A stretch of 61,209 bases of DNA, filler included, from 6 parts of 6 records of this genome joined end to end with filler, not necessarily neighbours in it, one strand, 5' to 3'. Numbered from the whole stretch's first letter, positions 30,696-41,324 are shown. Notes: generated from the letters alone by a model not told the origin. Numbers and translations are program-made.

Positions 30696-30930
30696 TCGTG
30701 CCGGCTTCGCCGGACCCTTCGGGATTGCTCAAGTTATTCATGAATTCCGGTTAGTCAAAATTATCTCCTGCAGCCATGTGTTTCTAATAGATCTATTAAA
30801 AACCATTAAACAGACAAAAAACGATGCAATCACCCGACATAGGAGGCACGTTCCATCGCTGCTATCCTGAAGACCATCGAAATAATACAATTCTTTAAGG
30901 CCTATAAGAATTACTGTGTTCAATGTTGGA
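30696..30930 (+). repeat. archaeal dispersed hairpin repeat, copy 3
   Basis: CCGGCTTCGCCGG at 30701-30713, then AAGTT..CATG..TTAGTCAAAAT..TTTCT.ATA..GGCACGTTCC, collinear with 35913-36140. Confidence 0.8.
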
Positions 30931-31175
30931 ATTGCAGGATTTCTACAGAGCACTTATCTTATTAAATTACTAACCACAAATTGAGGTCTCTGAGTCTACA
31001 TGTTTTCTATACAGATATAGAGTCCACAATGAACTACGATGGGCTATTTAGTTCCACTGTGGAACATCTATATTTCATTCTGTTAATCGGGTGTCTGCCT
31101 AAATAACGTTACAGAGTATTATAAAAATAATTATTATACAATTACAAATAACAACTCTGCAAAGGTGGTACAAAA

Positions 31176-34100
31176 ATGAAATACTCAAACATATTTATTT
31201 GCCTGACGATTTTTATCTCTTTATCATTGATATTAGTAGCTTCTGCCGAACCAGTTAGTAACTCTAAACCGGTAGCAACAATAATTTCTATATCACCTGA
31301 GACTGTTTTTGAAGGTGAAACTATATCATTTTCAGGAACCGGAACTGATGATGACGGCGAAGTTTTAGCCTATTACTGGACATCAAATATCGACGGATTC
31401 TTTAGTAGTTATCCAAGCTTCAGTACTTCAACTCTTTCAGTGGGTACCCATACGATATACTTCAGTGTTGAGGACAATTCCAGTGAATTGTCAGATGTAG
31501 TGCAGGCAACTGTTACTGTGACTGAAGAAACTGTTGTAGATGAAAATCAAAAGCCTACTGCATACATTACTTCAATCTCTCCTAACCCGGCAACAGAAGG
31601 AGATTCTACTAAGTTCACTGGATACGGAGCTGATGAAGACGGTGTCGTTACTACATATAAATGGTCATCCAGTATTGACGGGCAATTAAGTACAAGCAGA
31701 GTATTTTCCCTGAGCGACCTTTCTGTTGGAGTCCACACAATTACCTTTGAAGTTCGAGATGATGATGGTAAGTGGTCAGATGGGTATTCAAGGCCCCTGA
31801 CAGTAAACAGCAATCAAAAACCTATTGTATCCCTCAGTTCAATTACCCCAAACCCTGCAACAGAAGGAGAGAATGTTTCCTTTAGCGGGAGCGGAACTGA
31901 CATCGATGGTAATGTTACTGACTACAGATGGACATCCAGCCTCAATGGATTCTTAAGTAGCTCTCCAAGTTTCAATATTTCCAGTCTTCGGGTAGGTACA
32001 CACACTATTTCCCTTATTGTTCAGGATAATTTAGGTGAGTGGTCCGATGCAGTATCTTCTTCTCTGGTTATTAATGAAGCTCCGAATAAGGCTCCAATTG
32101 CTGCAATTACTTCTATTACCCCGAACCCGACTACACAGGGAAGCTCCGTGTTTTTTGAAGGAAACGCAACCGATAGTGACGGAACAATTACAATCTATAA
32201 GTGGACATCCAGTATTGATGGTGATCTGAGCAGTTCTTTGCAATTCATAACCTCACGGCTTTCACTTGGAAACCACACAATTTCATTCAGCGTCCGGGAT
32301 GATGAAGGAAGCTGGTCTGAAGAAGCCCTGGAATTTTTGAATATTACCGAAATTCCAAACATGGTACCAAACGCCAGTATAGACTCTATTAATCCTAATC
32401 CTGCCTACGAAAATACATCTGTATCCTTCACAGGGACAGGTACTGACGCCGATGGCAATATTACTGATTACTTCTGGACCTCAGACCTAGACGGCAATCT
32501 AAGTAATTCATCCAGCTTTACTACCTCAAACCTTTCACTGGGAGAACATACAATCAGTTTCAGTGTGCAGGACAATGAAGGAAGCTGGTCTGAAGTAGCC
32601 ACCTCAGATCTGTCCATCACTGAAGAACCAAACGATATCCCGATTGCTTCAATTGTATCCATCACACCAAGCCCCGCAGACAAACGTGTTTCCGTATCTT
32701 TTGAAGGAAACGGAACTGATGTAAATGGAACTGTTGTAGCTTACTACTGGAGTTCAAGTCTGGATGGCTACCTGAGCAATGCATCCAGCTTTGTGACTTC
32801 AAACCTCTCAGCAGGAAATCACACAATTTATTTCAGTGTACAGGACAACAAAGGTGCATGGTCAGAAATAGATTCAGCTGATCTGACTGTAAATGACGTT
32901 CCTAACAAAGCACCTCTTGCAATTATAGAATCGATTTCCCCAAATCCCCAGGGAGAACACTACAAGGTCGACTTTACAGGAATAGGTAATGACAGTGATG
33001 GTACAACTGTTGCTTATCTATGGGAATCCAGTCTTGACGGTATACTAAGTACCTCAGCCAGCTTCAATATTTCAAGTCTTTCCATTGGTAATCATATAAT
33101 CTCTTTTATCGCCATGGATAACGAAGGTGCATGGTCAGAAGAAGTGTACTCAACCCTGAAAATTACCGATACTCCAAACTTCGTACCTGAAGCTACGATT
33201 AATTCCATCTCTCCTGATCGTTCATCTATTGGAGACACAGTTGTGTTCAATGGTTCAGGCAATGACACCTTTGGGTACATAGTAGATTATGAATGGAACT
33301 CAAGCATAGATGGCTATCTTGGAAACACGGCTATGCTAAATGTTTCAACCCTGTCACTTGGAAATCATACAATTTACTTCAGAGTATTTGATAACGAAGG
33401 TGCATGGTCATCTGCAGACAGCATGGATATTTTAGTTGAAGACGGTGCTCCTTACGTAAATATTGATGCGGATTTTACAGAGAACATCAGTGTAAACAAT
33501 CCGGCCCCTGTAACGCTTTACAGCATAGATATGTATCCGAAAATTTCTACATTTTCTATAAAAGACAGCACAGGTAATACAATTCTCACAGAAGACGTAA
33601 CTGACAAGATTAATGGCGGTACATATGCTTTCACCTGGAGTACTACTGACAGCTCTGGAACCCCACTTCCGAGTGGAACGTATACAATGAATCTCATCAG
33701 TATTGATGGCTTTGAACAGGTTAACTCATTCGATCTTGAACTTACAGTTGATAACACTGCTCCGGAAATAGCAATAAACAGCATAGCAGGAACAAATTCA
33801 CTGGGCCAGTACCTATACGCAAACTCCGAACTGCTTGTATATGCATCCGTATCAGATGATAATACAGAAAACGTCAATTTAACGTTGTCTTCAGTTTACA
33901 GTAATTTCGAGATTTATAGTAATGCTGTTTTTGAAAATGGATACTGGATTGGTTCATTTGATCTTTCAGAAATACCTGATGATGGGAACTATGCAATCAC
34001 AGCATTTGTAGAAGATGGAGCAAAGAATACAAACTCACTGATCTATGATAATGTAATAATAATTGACAGGGATGTTCCGGCTATATCTACAACCGTTTCC

Positions 34101-35810
34101 AGAATTAGCAGCAGTTCTGCATATGTGAACATTGAAAGTAGTGAAGAATTGCAGGATATACCGGAAGTTAATGTGGATGGAACAACAGTTGAACTGGAAG
34201 TTTCAGATAACGGCTGGAGAGGTATTTTCCATCCTGATGGCACCGGTACTTACAATGTTTATGCCAGCGGAACTGACATAGCAGGAAACACAGGAAATAG
34301 TCAGTCTGAAGCACATATAAGCTCAATTGAGTTTACAGCAGGTACAGGAACATTTGCAGATGATGATAACGATATTATAATTAATTTCAGTACAAATGAT
34401 GACTTTAATGAAGCAATTGTCGTGACAGAAAGCATAACGTCTTTTAAGAATCTATCAAATGGTAGCATTGGCATTCATTTCATGGATGTTGACATTGGCG
34501 ATGTTCTGGAAACAAATCTCCTGAATGCAACAATATTTATGAAAATTGATGAATCCGTGCTTCCAGATGGAATAAATACCACAGATGTAGCCATATGTAA
34601 CTATAATGAGAGTGAAGGCAATTGGGAAAAATTACCTACCAACATCCTGAACGTGAGTGGTGTTAATTACTGGGTAACAGAAGTTGAGCATTTCTCCTCC
34701 TATGCAGCAATCGCCGTTGATAATGTGGCACCGGTTCTTAACAGTGTAACTCCATCTACAGGAACTACTTTTGGAACATCAACTGACGAGGTAAATATAC
34801 GCTTTGATTATAGTGATGCACAGACAGGAATTGATGTAGATTCAATAGTACTCACTTTTGAAGGCAGTGATGTAACTAACAGTACAGCTTCAACTATCAC
34901 CGGATTCTACGCAAGTTACAATGCCACAGGACTTAGTATAGGAACTTATACAGCAGTTGTATTTATGAAAGACAATGCTGGAAACCAGGCATCTTTTAAG
35001 ACAAAATTCAAGATTGAAAGAAGTGGTTCAAGTAGTAGTAGTAGTAGTAGTAGCGGTAGTGGTAACAAGAAAACTCTGAGTTCTTCGTCTTCATCAGGAA
35101 GCAGTAGTGGTGGAAGCTCATCAGGAGAAGATTACGAAAGCATTCTCATGAAGGAAGCAGTAAGTATTTTTGTAAACACCGGAGAACATGTTGTCTATGA
35201 ATTCAGGAATGAGGACAATGCCATATCAACTATCCAATTCGATTCCCTGAAGAATTCAGGAAAGGTGAAGACAACGATTGAAGTGCTTGGCGAAACTTCA
35301 ATATATGCAGATACAGAGGCTCCGGGTAACGTATACCAGCAGATGAATATCTTCGTAGGTAAAACAGGATTTGTTAGTCAGGAGAATGTTGAAAATCTTG
35401 CCATTTCATTTAAAGTTGAAAAAAAATGGCTGGAAGAGAATGAAATTGAGTATGATACTGTAAAACTATACAGATACTCAGATAATGCATGGAACTCACT
35501 GCCAACTTTTGTGATGGAAGAAAACGGTGACTACGTATACTTTGATAGTGAAACTACAGGATTCTCACCATTTGCAATATCTGCCGAAATTAAAGAAACA
35601 AAGACTGTAGCTGAGGACAAGTCCGACTCCACATCTGCTGGAGAAGAGACACTGAAATCAACTGATACTGAAAGCACTGATGAGCAGCCAGCAGATACTG
35701 AGAGCAAAAAAAGCACCATTCCAATTGTGGCACTTGTGGCAGTGGGTGTTATTGCAGTATTGGGAATAGCAGGATTTGTTGTACGCAAATATGTTGATAT
35801 TGAATTGTGA
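31176..35810 (+). CDS. large secreted cell-surface protein: eight PKD-like repeats, Ig-like domains, Ser linker, PGF-pre-PGF domain, C-terminal TM
   Basis: Signal peptide; eight ~90-aa repeats (N..P.A.I.SISP..W.S..DG.LS...LS.G.HTI.F.V.D..G.WS); poly-Ser; FDSETTGFSPFAI; TM followed by RK. Confidence 0.9.
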   Translation: MKYSNIFICLTIFISLSLILVASAEPVSNSKPVATIISISPETVFEGETISFSGTGTDDDGEVLAYYWTSNIDGFFSSYPSFSTSTLSVGTHTIYFSVEDNSSELSDVVQATVTVTEETVVDENQKPTAYITSISPNPATEGDSTKFTGYGADEDGVVTTYKWSSSIDGQLSTSRVFSLSDLSVGVHTITFEVRDDDGKWSDGYSRPLTVNSNQKPIVSLSSITPNPATEGENVSFSGSGTDIDGNVTDYRWTSSLNGFLSSSPSFNISSLRVGTHTISLIVQDNLGEWSDAVSSSLVINEAPNKAPIAAITSITPNPTTQGSSVFFEGNATDSDGTITIYKWTSSIDGDLSSSLQFITSRLSLGNHTISFSVRDDEGSWSEEALEFLNITEIPNMVPNASIDSINPNPAYENTSVSFTGTGTDADGNITDYFWTSDLDGNLSNSSSFTTSNLSLGEHTISFSVQDNEGSWSEVATSDLSITEEPNDIPIASIVSITPSPADKRVSVSFEGNGTDVNGTVVAYYWSSSLDGYLSNASSFVTSNLSAGNHTIYFSVQDNKGAWSEIDSADLTVNDVPNKAPLAIIESISPNPQGEHYKVDFTGIGNDSDGTTVAYLWESSLDGILSTSASFNISSLSIGNHIISFIAMDNEGAWSEEVYSTLKITDTPNFVPEATINSISPDRSSIGDTVVFNGSGNDTFGYIVDYEWNSSIDGYLGNTAMLNVSTLSLGNHTIYFRVFDNEGAWSSADSMDILVEDGAPYVNIDADFTENISVNNPAPVTLYSIDMYPKISTFSIKDSTGNTILTEDVTDKINGGTYAFTWSTTDSSGTPLPSGTYTMNLISIDGFEQVNSFDLELTVDNTAPEIAINSIAGTNSLGQYLYANSELLVYASVSDDNTENVNLTLSSVYSNFEIYSNAVFENGYWIGSFDLSEIPDDGNYAITAFVEDGAKNTNSLIYDNVIIIDRDVPAISTTVSRISSSSAYVNIESSEELQDIPEVNVDGTTVELEVSDNGWRGIFHPDGTGTYNVYASGTDIAGNTGNSQSEAHISSIEFTAGTGTFADDDNDIIINFSTNDDFNEAIVVTESITSFKNLSNGSIGIHFMDVDIGDVLETNLLNATIFMKIDESVLPDGINTTDVAICNYNESEGNWEKLPTNILNVSGVNYWVTEVEHFSSYAAIAVDNVAPVLNSVTPSTGTTFGTSTDEVNIRFDYSDAQTGIDVDSIVLTFEGSDVTNSTASTITGFYASYNATGLSIGTYTAVVFMKDNAGNQASFKTKFKIERSGSSSSSSSSSGSGNKKTLSSSSSSGSSSGGSSSGEDYESILMKEAVSIFVNTGEHVVYEFRNEDNAISTIQFDSLKNSGKVKTTIEVLGETSIYADTEAPGNVYQQMNIFVGKTGFVSQENVENLAISFKVEKKWLEENEIEYDTVKLYRYSDNAWNSLPTFVMEENGDYVYFDSETTGFSPFAISAEIKETKTVAEDKSDSTSAGEETLKSTDTESTDEQPADTESKKSTIPIVALVAVGVIAVLGIAGFVVRKYVDIEL

Positions 35811-35871
35811 TGAAGGATACAGTACACGCTAATTTGTAGCAGTGGAGTAGAGTTAAGCCTTCAGCAGCTTT

Positions 35872-35894
35872 ATGTGCGGCGTAAACGCCGCATA
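35872..35894 (+). other. GC-rich stem-loop downstream of the surface-protein gene
   Basis: ATGTGCGGCG-TAAA-CGCCGCATAT. Confidence 0.55.
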
Positions 35895-35909
35895 TGTTAT
35901 TTTACAAAT

Positions 35910-36385
35910 CGGTTGGCTTCGCCGGATCCACCGTGGTGGCTTAAGTTGTACATGACTTCAAGTTAGTCAAAATAATTGTTCCCAACAACCTTGTATTTCT
36001 GATAAATCTGCAAAAAAGTATTGACAAACAAAGAACAATGCAGCCATCCGCCTCAGGCGGCACGTTCCCTTATTACTGGCCTGAGAAGTATTGAAAAAAG
36101 TACAGTTGCTGAAAAATGATAAGATCAAAGTTGCAATGATATGAATTAAACAGAGCTCTTAAATGTGGTTTTAGAAAAAGCATGAGTTAATGGGATATTG
36201 ACCTGTAGAAACTTATTAATCACCTGCATGCAGAAAAAAAGTTAAAGGATACAGATGATTTTATTCATCTTTTTGTGTCGTGCCGGCTTCGCCGGACCCT
36301 CCGGGATAGTTTAAGTTATACATGGCTTCTGGTCAAGCAAATTTATGTCCCAGAGACTTTGTGTTTCTGATAGCTTTGCAAAATA
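35910..36385 (+). repeat. archaeal dispersed hairpin repeat, tandem copies 4 and 5
   Basis: Core hairpins at 35913-35925 and 36283-36295 (370 bp apart); CCGCCTCAGGCGGCACGTTCC at 36048-36068. Confidence 0.8.
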
Positions 36386-36623
36386 TTTTAGAAAAAACAA
36401 GAATGTTCGGAATACTAGCACGTATACATTTTTCTTTTGATTGCAAATTTTGAATCATTGGTATCCAGACAAACAATCAGATATTATATTATTTTCCATG
36501 GTAAATGCAAAAATTTATATCAGTTTACGTAATTACTATTAGAATAATTAAAAGGTTTAAGGATAGCCAGCTTCAATAAAGTTATTTTTTAACCTTTTAA
36601 AAACATGGGGTAAGGAAATAACA

Positions 36624-38261
36624 TTGGTTAGAAAAAGTGTGGATAACTACTCGAATATTGATATGTCAGATGTTCCAGATTCAGTAAAACGGGAATTATT
36701 CCAGAAGACTGCTCTTCTTTCTGGATTACTTAACTCAGTCCCGGACCTCGTTTTTTTCAAGGACAATGATGGTGTTTTTCTTTCCTGTAATGAAATGTTT
36801 TCCAGATATGTCGGAAAACCATTCAGTGAAATTATCGGGAAAACAAGCCATGATATCTTTGACAGGAACAGGGCAGATTTCTTTCGGTCTAATGATCGGA
36901 AAGTACTGGATACTGGCCAGTCCTATAAAAGTGTAGAATGGATTGACAGGGCAGATGGCAAAAAGGTACTTCTCGAAACATTCAAGGCTCCTATTTTCAC
37001 CGAAGATGATGAACTGCTGGGTGTAGTGGGTGTTGGTCGCGACATCACCGAGCGAAAATATGCTGAAATGGAACTCAAGGACAAGAAGAACGAATTGTTC
37101 CAGATAGTTAATGGTAGTCCTATACCTGCTTTTGTTATCGATAAAAATCACCAGGTGATCTATTGGAACAGAGCATGCGAAAATACAACAGGTATCAAGG
37201 CCAATGAAATAATAGGTACGCAGAATTCCTGGATGGCTTTTTACGATAAGCAGCGTGTTGTGCTTGCGGATCTTATTGTCAATGACTCGCTTAAAAGCAT
37301 AGAAAAAATGTATGGTGATAAGAAACTGCGTCCTTCTTTTGTAGAAGGAGGTTACCAGGCGGAAGATTTTTTCCCGACACTAGATAAATGGATCCTTTTT
37401 ACGGCAGCTCCCATCAGGGATCACAATAATGAGATTATGGGTGCCATTGAGACTCTACAGGACATAACTATATCAAAACAGGCTGAAAAAGCCATGCTTG
37501 ATGCTAAAATGCTTGCGCAGAACACTTCCCGTACAAAAAGTGAGTTTCTTTCTAATATGAATCATGAGCTGCGAACTCCCCTTAATCTGATCCTTGGTTA
37601 TGCAGATCTGCTTTTAATCCAGGAATCAGGTCAGCTCAATGAAGAACAGAGACATTATGCTGAAATTATAAAGTTTGCAGGTTCAAAGTTTTTGGATCTG
37701 GTCGATTCATTAATTTATATAGCAGAGATCGAAGAGGGAAAAATGGAACTTGATGCGGATATGTTCTCTTTCCCTGCTATGATATCAGACGTGAAAAAAA
37801 TGCTTGATCCCCATGCATCTAAAAAAGGTGTCAAACTCGAATTTGATGTTGAATCAAAGGTTGATGTCGTCTTTGCAGATAAGTGTAAGATAAAAAGCAT
37901 ATTGCACCATCTCATCAGTAACGGGGTTAAGTTTACTCCATCTGGTGGAACGGTATCTGTGATAGTGAGACAGAAGAAAGATGAAGCTCTGCACTTAATA
38001 GTAAAAGACTCTGGTATTGGCATATCAGAAGAAGATCAGGATAAGCTGTTCAATGCATTTGTACAGCTTGATTGCTCACTTAACAAAAAATATGAAGGAA
38101 CAGGACTTGGATTGAGCATCGTAAAAAAGTTTGTAGAAGTCCATGGAGGTAGTATTTCTCTGGATAGCAGGCTTGGAGCGGGAAGCACATTCGAAGTAAT
38201 ACTGCCTATATCAGAAGTAGATTGTGATGGTATAGAGACCAGAATATGTGACTCACTATGA
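36624..38261 (+). CDS. two-PAS sensor histidine kinase
   Basis: PAS/PAC (RDITERK, QDIT), H-box NMNHELRTPLN, N-box ISNGVKFT, DSGIGI, GTGLGL; start codon uncertain. Confidence 0.93.
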   Translation: MVRKSVDNYSNIDMSDVPDSVKRELFQKTALLSGLLNSVPDLVFFKDNDGVFLSCNEMFSRYVGKPFSEIIGKTSHDIFDRNRADFFRSNDRKVLDTGQSYKSVEWIDRADGKKVLLETFKAPIFTEDDELLGVVGVGRDITERKYAEMELKDKKNELFQIVNGSPIPAFVIDKNHQVIYWNRACENTTGIKANEIIGTQNSWMAFYDKQRVVLADLIVNDSLKSIEKMYGDKKLRPSFVEGGYQAEDFFPTLDKWILFTAAPIRDHNNEIMGAIETLQDITISKQAEKAMLDAKMLAQNTSRTKSEFLSNMNHELRTPLNLILGYADLLLIQESGQLNEEQRHYAEIIKFAGSKFLDLVDSLIYIAEIEEGKMELDADMFSFPAMISDVKKMLDPHASKKGVKLEFDVESKVDVVFADKCKIKSILHHLISNGVKFTPSGGTVSVIVRQKKDEALHLIVKDSGIGISEEDQDKLFNAFVQLDCSLNKKYEGTGLGLSIVKKFVEVHGGSISLDSRLGAGSTFEVILPISEVDCDGIETRICDSL

Positions 38262-38332
38262 GCTCTGAAAATTATAGTTTGGTAGTAATTTAGTAGCAGT
38301 TTAATAATAATTTAATAATAACTTAGTAATTT

Positions 38333-38737
38333 TCAAAGCAGTTCGTCTTCTTCAATTTCAACATCCAGTACCTCTAGTGATATTTCCTCACCACTGCCAT
38401 TGAAACATTTCCAGTTATCAGGACCATATGGGTGTCCTACAATAATGTGATGATTACCGGTTTTGCTAAATAGCCGCAGGTCTGCTTTTGAAGGCCTTAT
38501 AACCGAACTTGGATGACTGTGAACAGACCCCACAGCTGATATGTTTGGCATCATAAACAGCTTGAGAACCGCGTTTATCTCACTGGATTCAGTACCGGGA
38601 AGTATCAAAATATCTGTAATTATGCCGTCTTTTGCCTGCATAAGACCTGCAAATTCCTTTGGATATGTGGAACTGCTAACCTCCATTATAAAATCGAGTG
38701 TTTCCTTTGCAATTCCCCTGATTTTTTGTTTCATCAT
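38333..38737 (-). CDS. JAMM/MPN+ (Mov34) metalloprotease
   Basis: PKEF plus GSVHSHPS....PSKAD JAMM motif. Confidence 0.9.
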   Translation of the reverse strand: MMKQKIRGIAKETLDFIMEVSSSTYPKEFAGLMQAKDGIITDILILPGTESSEINAVLKLFMMPNISAVGSVHSHPSSVIRPSKADLRLFSKTGNHHIIVGHPYGPDNWKCFNGSGEEISLEVLDVEIEEDELL

Positions 38738-38833
38738 ATGTTTGTATTCAGGGAGAACATATAACTTTTTTGAAAACTATATTTTCTACAGGTATCTGCT
38801 TATTGTTAGAAGGAATATTCGGGAGTGTTCAAA

Positions 38834-39118
38834 ATGGATAAAAAGTTTCAGGGTTCGATGTGTAAAGAAGGCGATAATACATTAGGTGAACGGTCACTGG
38901 AACTGCACAAAAAAGCCAGTGGTGTAATAGGGGTATGTGCAAAGGTTCCTCTGAACAACATAGAGGATCTGAGTCTGGCTTATACCCCGGGAGTTGCCGA
39001 ACCCTGTAAAAAGATAGCCGCCGATCAAAACAGCGCTTACCGTTATACCATGAAAAAGAATACAGTGGCTGTGATCTCGGATGGTTCTGCGGTACTTGGT
39101 CTTGGAAATATAGGAGCA
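38834..39118 (+). CDS. NAD(P)-dependent malic enzyme (3'-truncated)
   Basis: DLSLAYTPGVAEPC, NTVAVISDGSAVLGLGNIG. Confidence 0.92.
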
Positions 39119-39218
39119 NNNNNNNNNNNNNNNNNNNNNNNNNNNNNNNNNNNNNNNNNNNNTTAATTAATTAANNNNNNNNNNNNNNNNNNNNNNNNNN
39201 NNNNNNNNNNNNNNNNNN
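39119..39218. other. artificial contig linker
   Basis: N-run with TTAATTAATTAA. Confidence 0.99.
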
Positions 39219-39220
39219 AT

Positions 39221-39297
39221 GTCAAGGTAGCTCAGCTGGCTAGAGCGCTGGTCTCATAAGCCGGAGGTCGAGAGTTCAAGTCTCTCTCTTGACACCA
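39221..39297 (+). tRNA. tRNA with CAT anticodon (probably elongator Met; Ile2 not excluded)
   Basis: Acceptor stem GTCAAGG/TCTTGAC, D-arm GCTC-AGCTGGCTA-GAGC, anticodon loop CTCATAA, T-loop GTTCAAGT, encoded CCA. Confidence 0.93.
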
Positions 39298-39361
39298 TTA
39301 TAACTAACCCTTACAAAATCAATTTTAATAAACTTTTTGATATGAACTCAAAGTTATAATT

Positions 39362-39859
39362 TTACTTATCTTCCTCATCTAAACTAATATACATAAGTAA
39401 ATACGCCGTATCTTCAGGGGTCCATCTTATTTCTCTTTCCAAATCCATTAAGTTACTATCTTTACTCACTCCATTGTTAAATCTATTGGCTACTTCAAAA
39501 GCTTTATTATGAATCTTTTTTTTACCAGAATATATAATGAAAGTTGGAATAATATCTTCGATTTTTTCAATATGAAAAATAGATCCATCTTTTATATATC
39601 TCAATAATAGACCAACTTGTAAAGAATGGTACTCTTTTTCCCGTAATTTCTCTAAAGGTTTATCTTTATATCCAACTGCTCTAAATGTATCAAACTCCTC
39701 TTTTACAAAATCTCGTAAGTTATCATTGTCATATTTTTCCAATGATGGAGGTAATGAAATATCTGATCGAGTCATCTTATCAAGATCTATTTTTTTTCTT
39801 GGAGGGTTGGCTCCTGTAGCATCTTTCACTTTTCCAACTATTTTATCAATAAAGCTCAT
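39362..39859 (-). CDS. hypothetical protein
   Basis: 165-aa ORF with AAGGAG RBS; no family recognised. Confidence 0.7.
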   Translation of the reverse strand: MSFIDKIVGKVKDATGANPPRKKIDLDKMTRSDISLPPSLEKYDNDNLRDFVKEEFDTFRAVGYKDKPLEKLREKEYHSLQVGLLLRYIKDGSIFHIEKIEDIIPTFIIYSGKKKIHNKAFEVANRFNNGVSKDSNLMDLEREIRWTPEDTAYLLMYISLDEEDK

Positions 39860-40120
39860 AAGTATCTCCTTTATATACTTTCAATAAAATATAATTATAT
39901 AATAACTTTTAATGAAAGACAATAAATATACTTTTAAATTGATATAAATATTTCCCTATTTCTATCCTCTTAGCTATTTATGTCATCTGTTTTGTGACAT
40001 TATTTATAGTAACATATCTTGTATTCTTCTATTTTATAGTGATTGCTAAAGCATTAACTCTAAATGATAAGCATTGTGCTATAATACATCGATATATAAA
40101 AAGGATACTAAAAACATCAT

Positions 40121-40252
40121 ATGAAAAAAACAGACTATATTTTTTGGACTATTTTAGGGTTGATCGCTCTTTTTTATCTTTTAAAAGGGAATGATATGCA
40201 TACTGAAAAATATCAAATGATCCAATCAGCACAAGTAGAGAATAAAAACTAA
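40121..40252 (+). CDS. 43-aa single-TM small protein (absent from ORF track)
   Basis: MKKTDYIFWTILGLIALFYLLKGNDMHTEKYQMIQSAQVENKN*; TGCTATAAT at 40077-40085 and AAGGA at 40101-40105; stops 4 nt from the galE stop. Confidence 0.55.
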   Translation: MKKTDYIFWTILGLIALFYLLKGNDMHTEKYQMIQSAQVENKN

Positions 40253-40256
40253 GTCT

Positions 40257-41318
40257 TTATCTATATCCATTTGGATTATTGCTTTGCCACCTCCAGCTGT
40301 CTTCGCACATTTGTTCAAGTGAATATTTTGCTTCCCACCCCAATATCTCTTTTGCATAAGATGGATCTGCATAATACTGAGCAATATCACCTGCTCGTCT
40401 AGCTACTATTTTATAGGGGATTTTTTTACCACTTACTTTTTCGAAGGCTTTCACCACATCTAATACACTATATCCAACACCTGTACCAAGATTTACAATA
40501 AGTGGTTTTTTATTTTCTATAGAGTTTAGATAATTGATCGCTTTTACATGACCACCTGCTAAATCTACCACATGGATATAATCTCTAATACCAGTTCCAT
40601 CATATGTATCATAATCATTTCCAAAAATATTTAAAAATTCTCTTTTGCCTACTGCAACTTGAGAGATAAATGGCATAAGGTTATTTGGTATAGTATTAGA
40701 ATCCTCACCTATCAATCCGCTTTGATGAGCCGCTACAGGATTAAAGTATCTTAAGATAGCTATTTTAAAAGAATTATCACTGATATAAAGATCTTCAAGG
40801 ATTCGTTCTATCATATACTTACTTGTACCATAAGGATTTGCCGTCCTACCTGCTGGAAAACTCTCTTTAATACCGACATGGTGATTTGATGATATATCTT
40901 TAGATACTTGAACAGTTTTAAAACACCCTTCCCCGTAAACTGTTGCACTTGAAGAGAAAACTATTTTTTTACAAGAAAACTCTTTCATTACCTCTAAAAG
41001 CTTGATAGTCCCTATCACATTAGTATCATAATATTCTAAAGGATTAGCTACAGATTCTCCAACGGCTTTTAATCCTGCAAAGTGGATCACAGAATCAATA
41101 CTATAATTGGAAAAAACCTCTTTTAAAGCTTTGGTATCTCTTATATCTCCTTGTATAAAAAAGACCTGTTTTTTTATAATTTTTTCAACTCTTTTTATTG
41201 CTTCAAAAGAAGAGGTAGCAAGATTATCATACACTATAAAGTGATATCCAGCACATGAGAGCTCCACTAAGGTATGAGTTCCTATATATCCAGCTCCTCC
41301 AGTAATTAAAATATTCAT
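40257..41318 (-). CDS. galE: UDP-glucose 4-epimerase
   Basis: TGGAGYIGTH, HFAGLKAVGES, FSSSATVYG, PYGTSK, LRYFNP, PNNLMP, DGTGIRDYIHVVDLA, WRWQSNNPNGY. Confidence 0.96.
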   Translation of the reverse strand: MNILITGGAGYIGTHTLVELSCAGYHFIVYDNLATSSFEAIKRVEKIIKKQVFFIQGDIRDTKALKEVFSNYSIDSVIHFAGLKAVGESVANPLEYYDTNVIGTIKLLEVMKEFSCKKIVFSSSATVYGEGCFKTVQVSKDISSNHHVGIKESFPAGRTANPYGTSKYMIERILEDLYISDNSFKIAILRYFNPVAAHQSGLIGEDSNTIPNNLMPFISQVAVGKREFLNIFGNDYDTYDGTGIRDYIHVVDLAGGHVKAINYLNSIENKKPLIVNLGTGVGYSVLDVVKAFEKVSGKKIPYKIVARRAGDIAQYYADPSYAKEILGWEAKYSLEQMCEDSWRWQSNNPNGYR

Positions 41319-41324
41319 CGTACT

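Noticed and set aside
30738-30953. 71-aa minus-strand ORF
   Set aside because: It lies within the non-coding repeat, and the other copies show no sign of a conserved reading frame.
35910-36385. Hairpin repeats as a CRISPR array or tRNA
   Set aside because: Spacing is 370 bp with homologous rather than unique intervening sequence; no cloverleaf; no cas genes.
39994-40194. 66-aa ORF from the track
   Set aside because: GTG start without an RBS, and it spans a promoter. The 40121-40252 frame is better supported.
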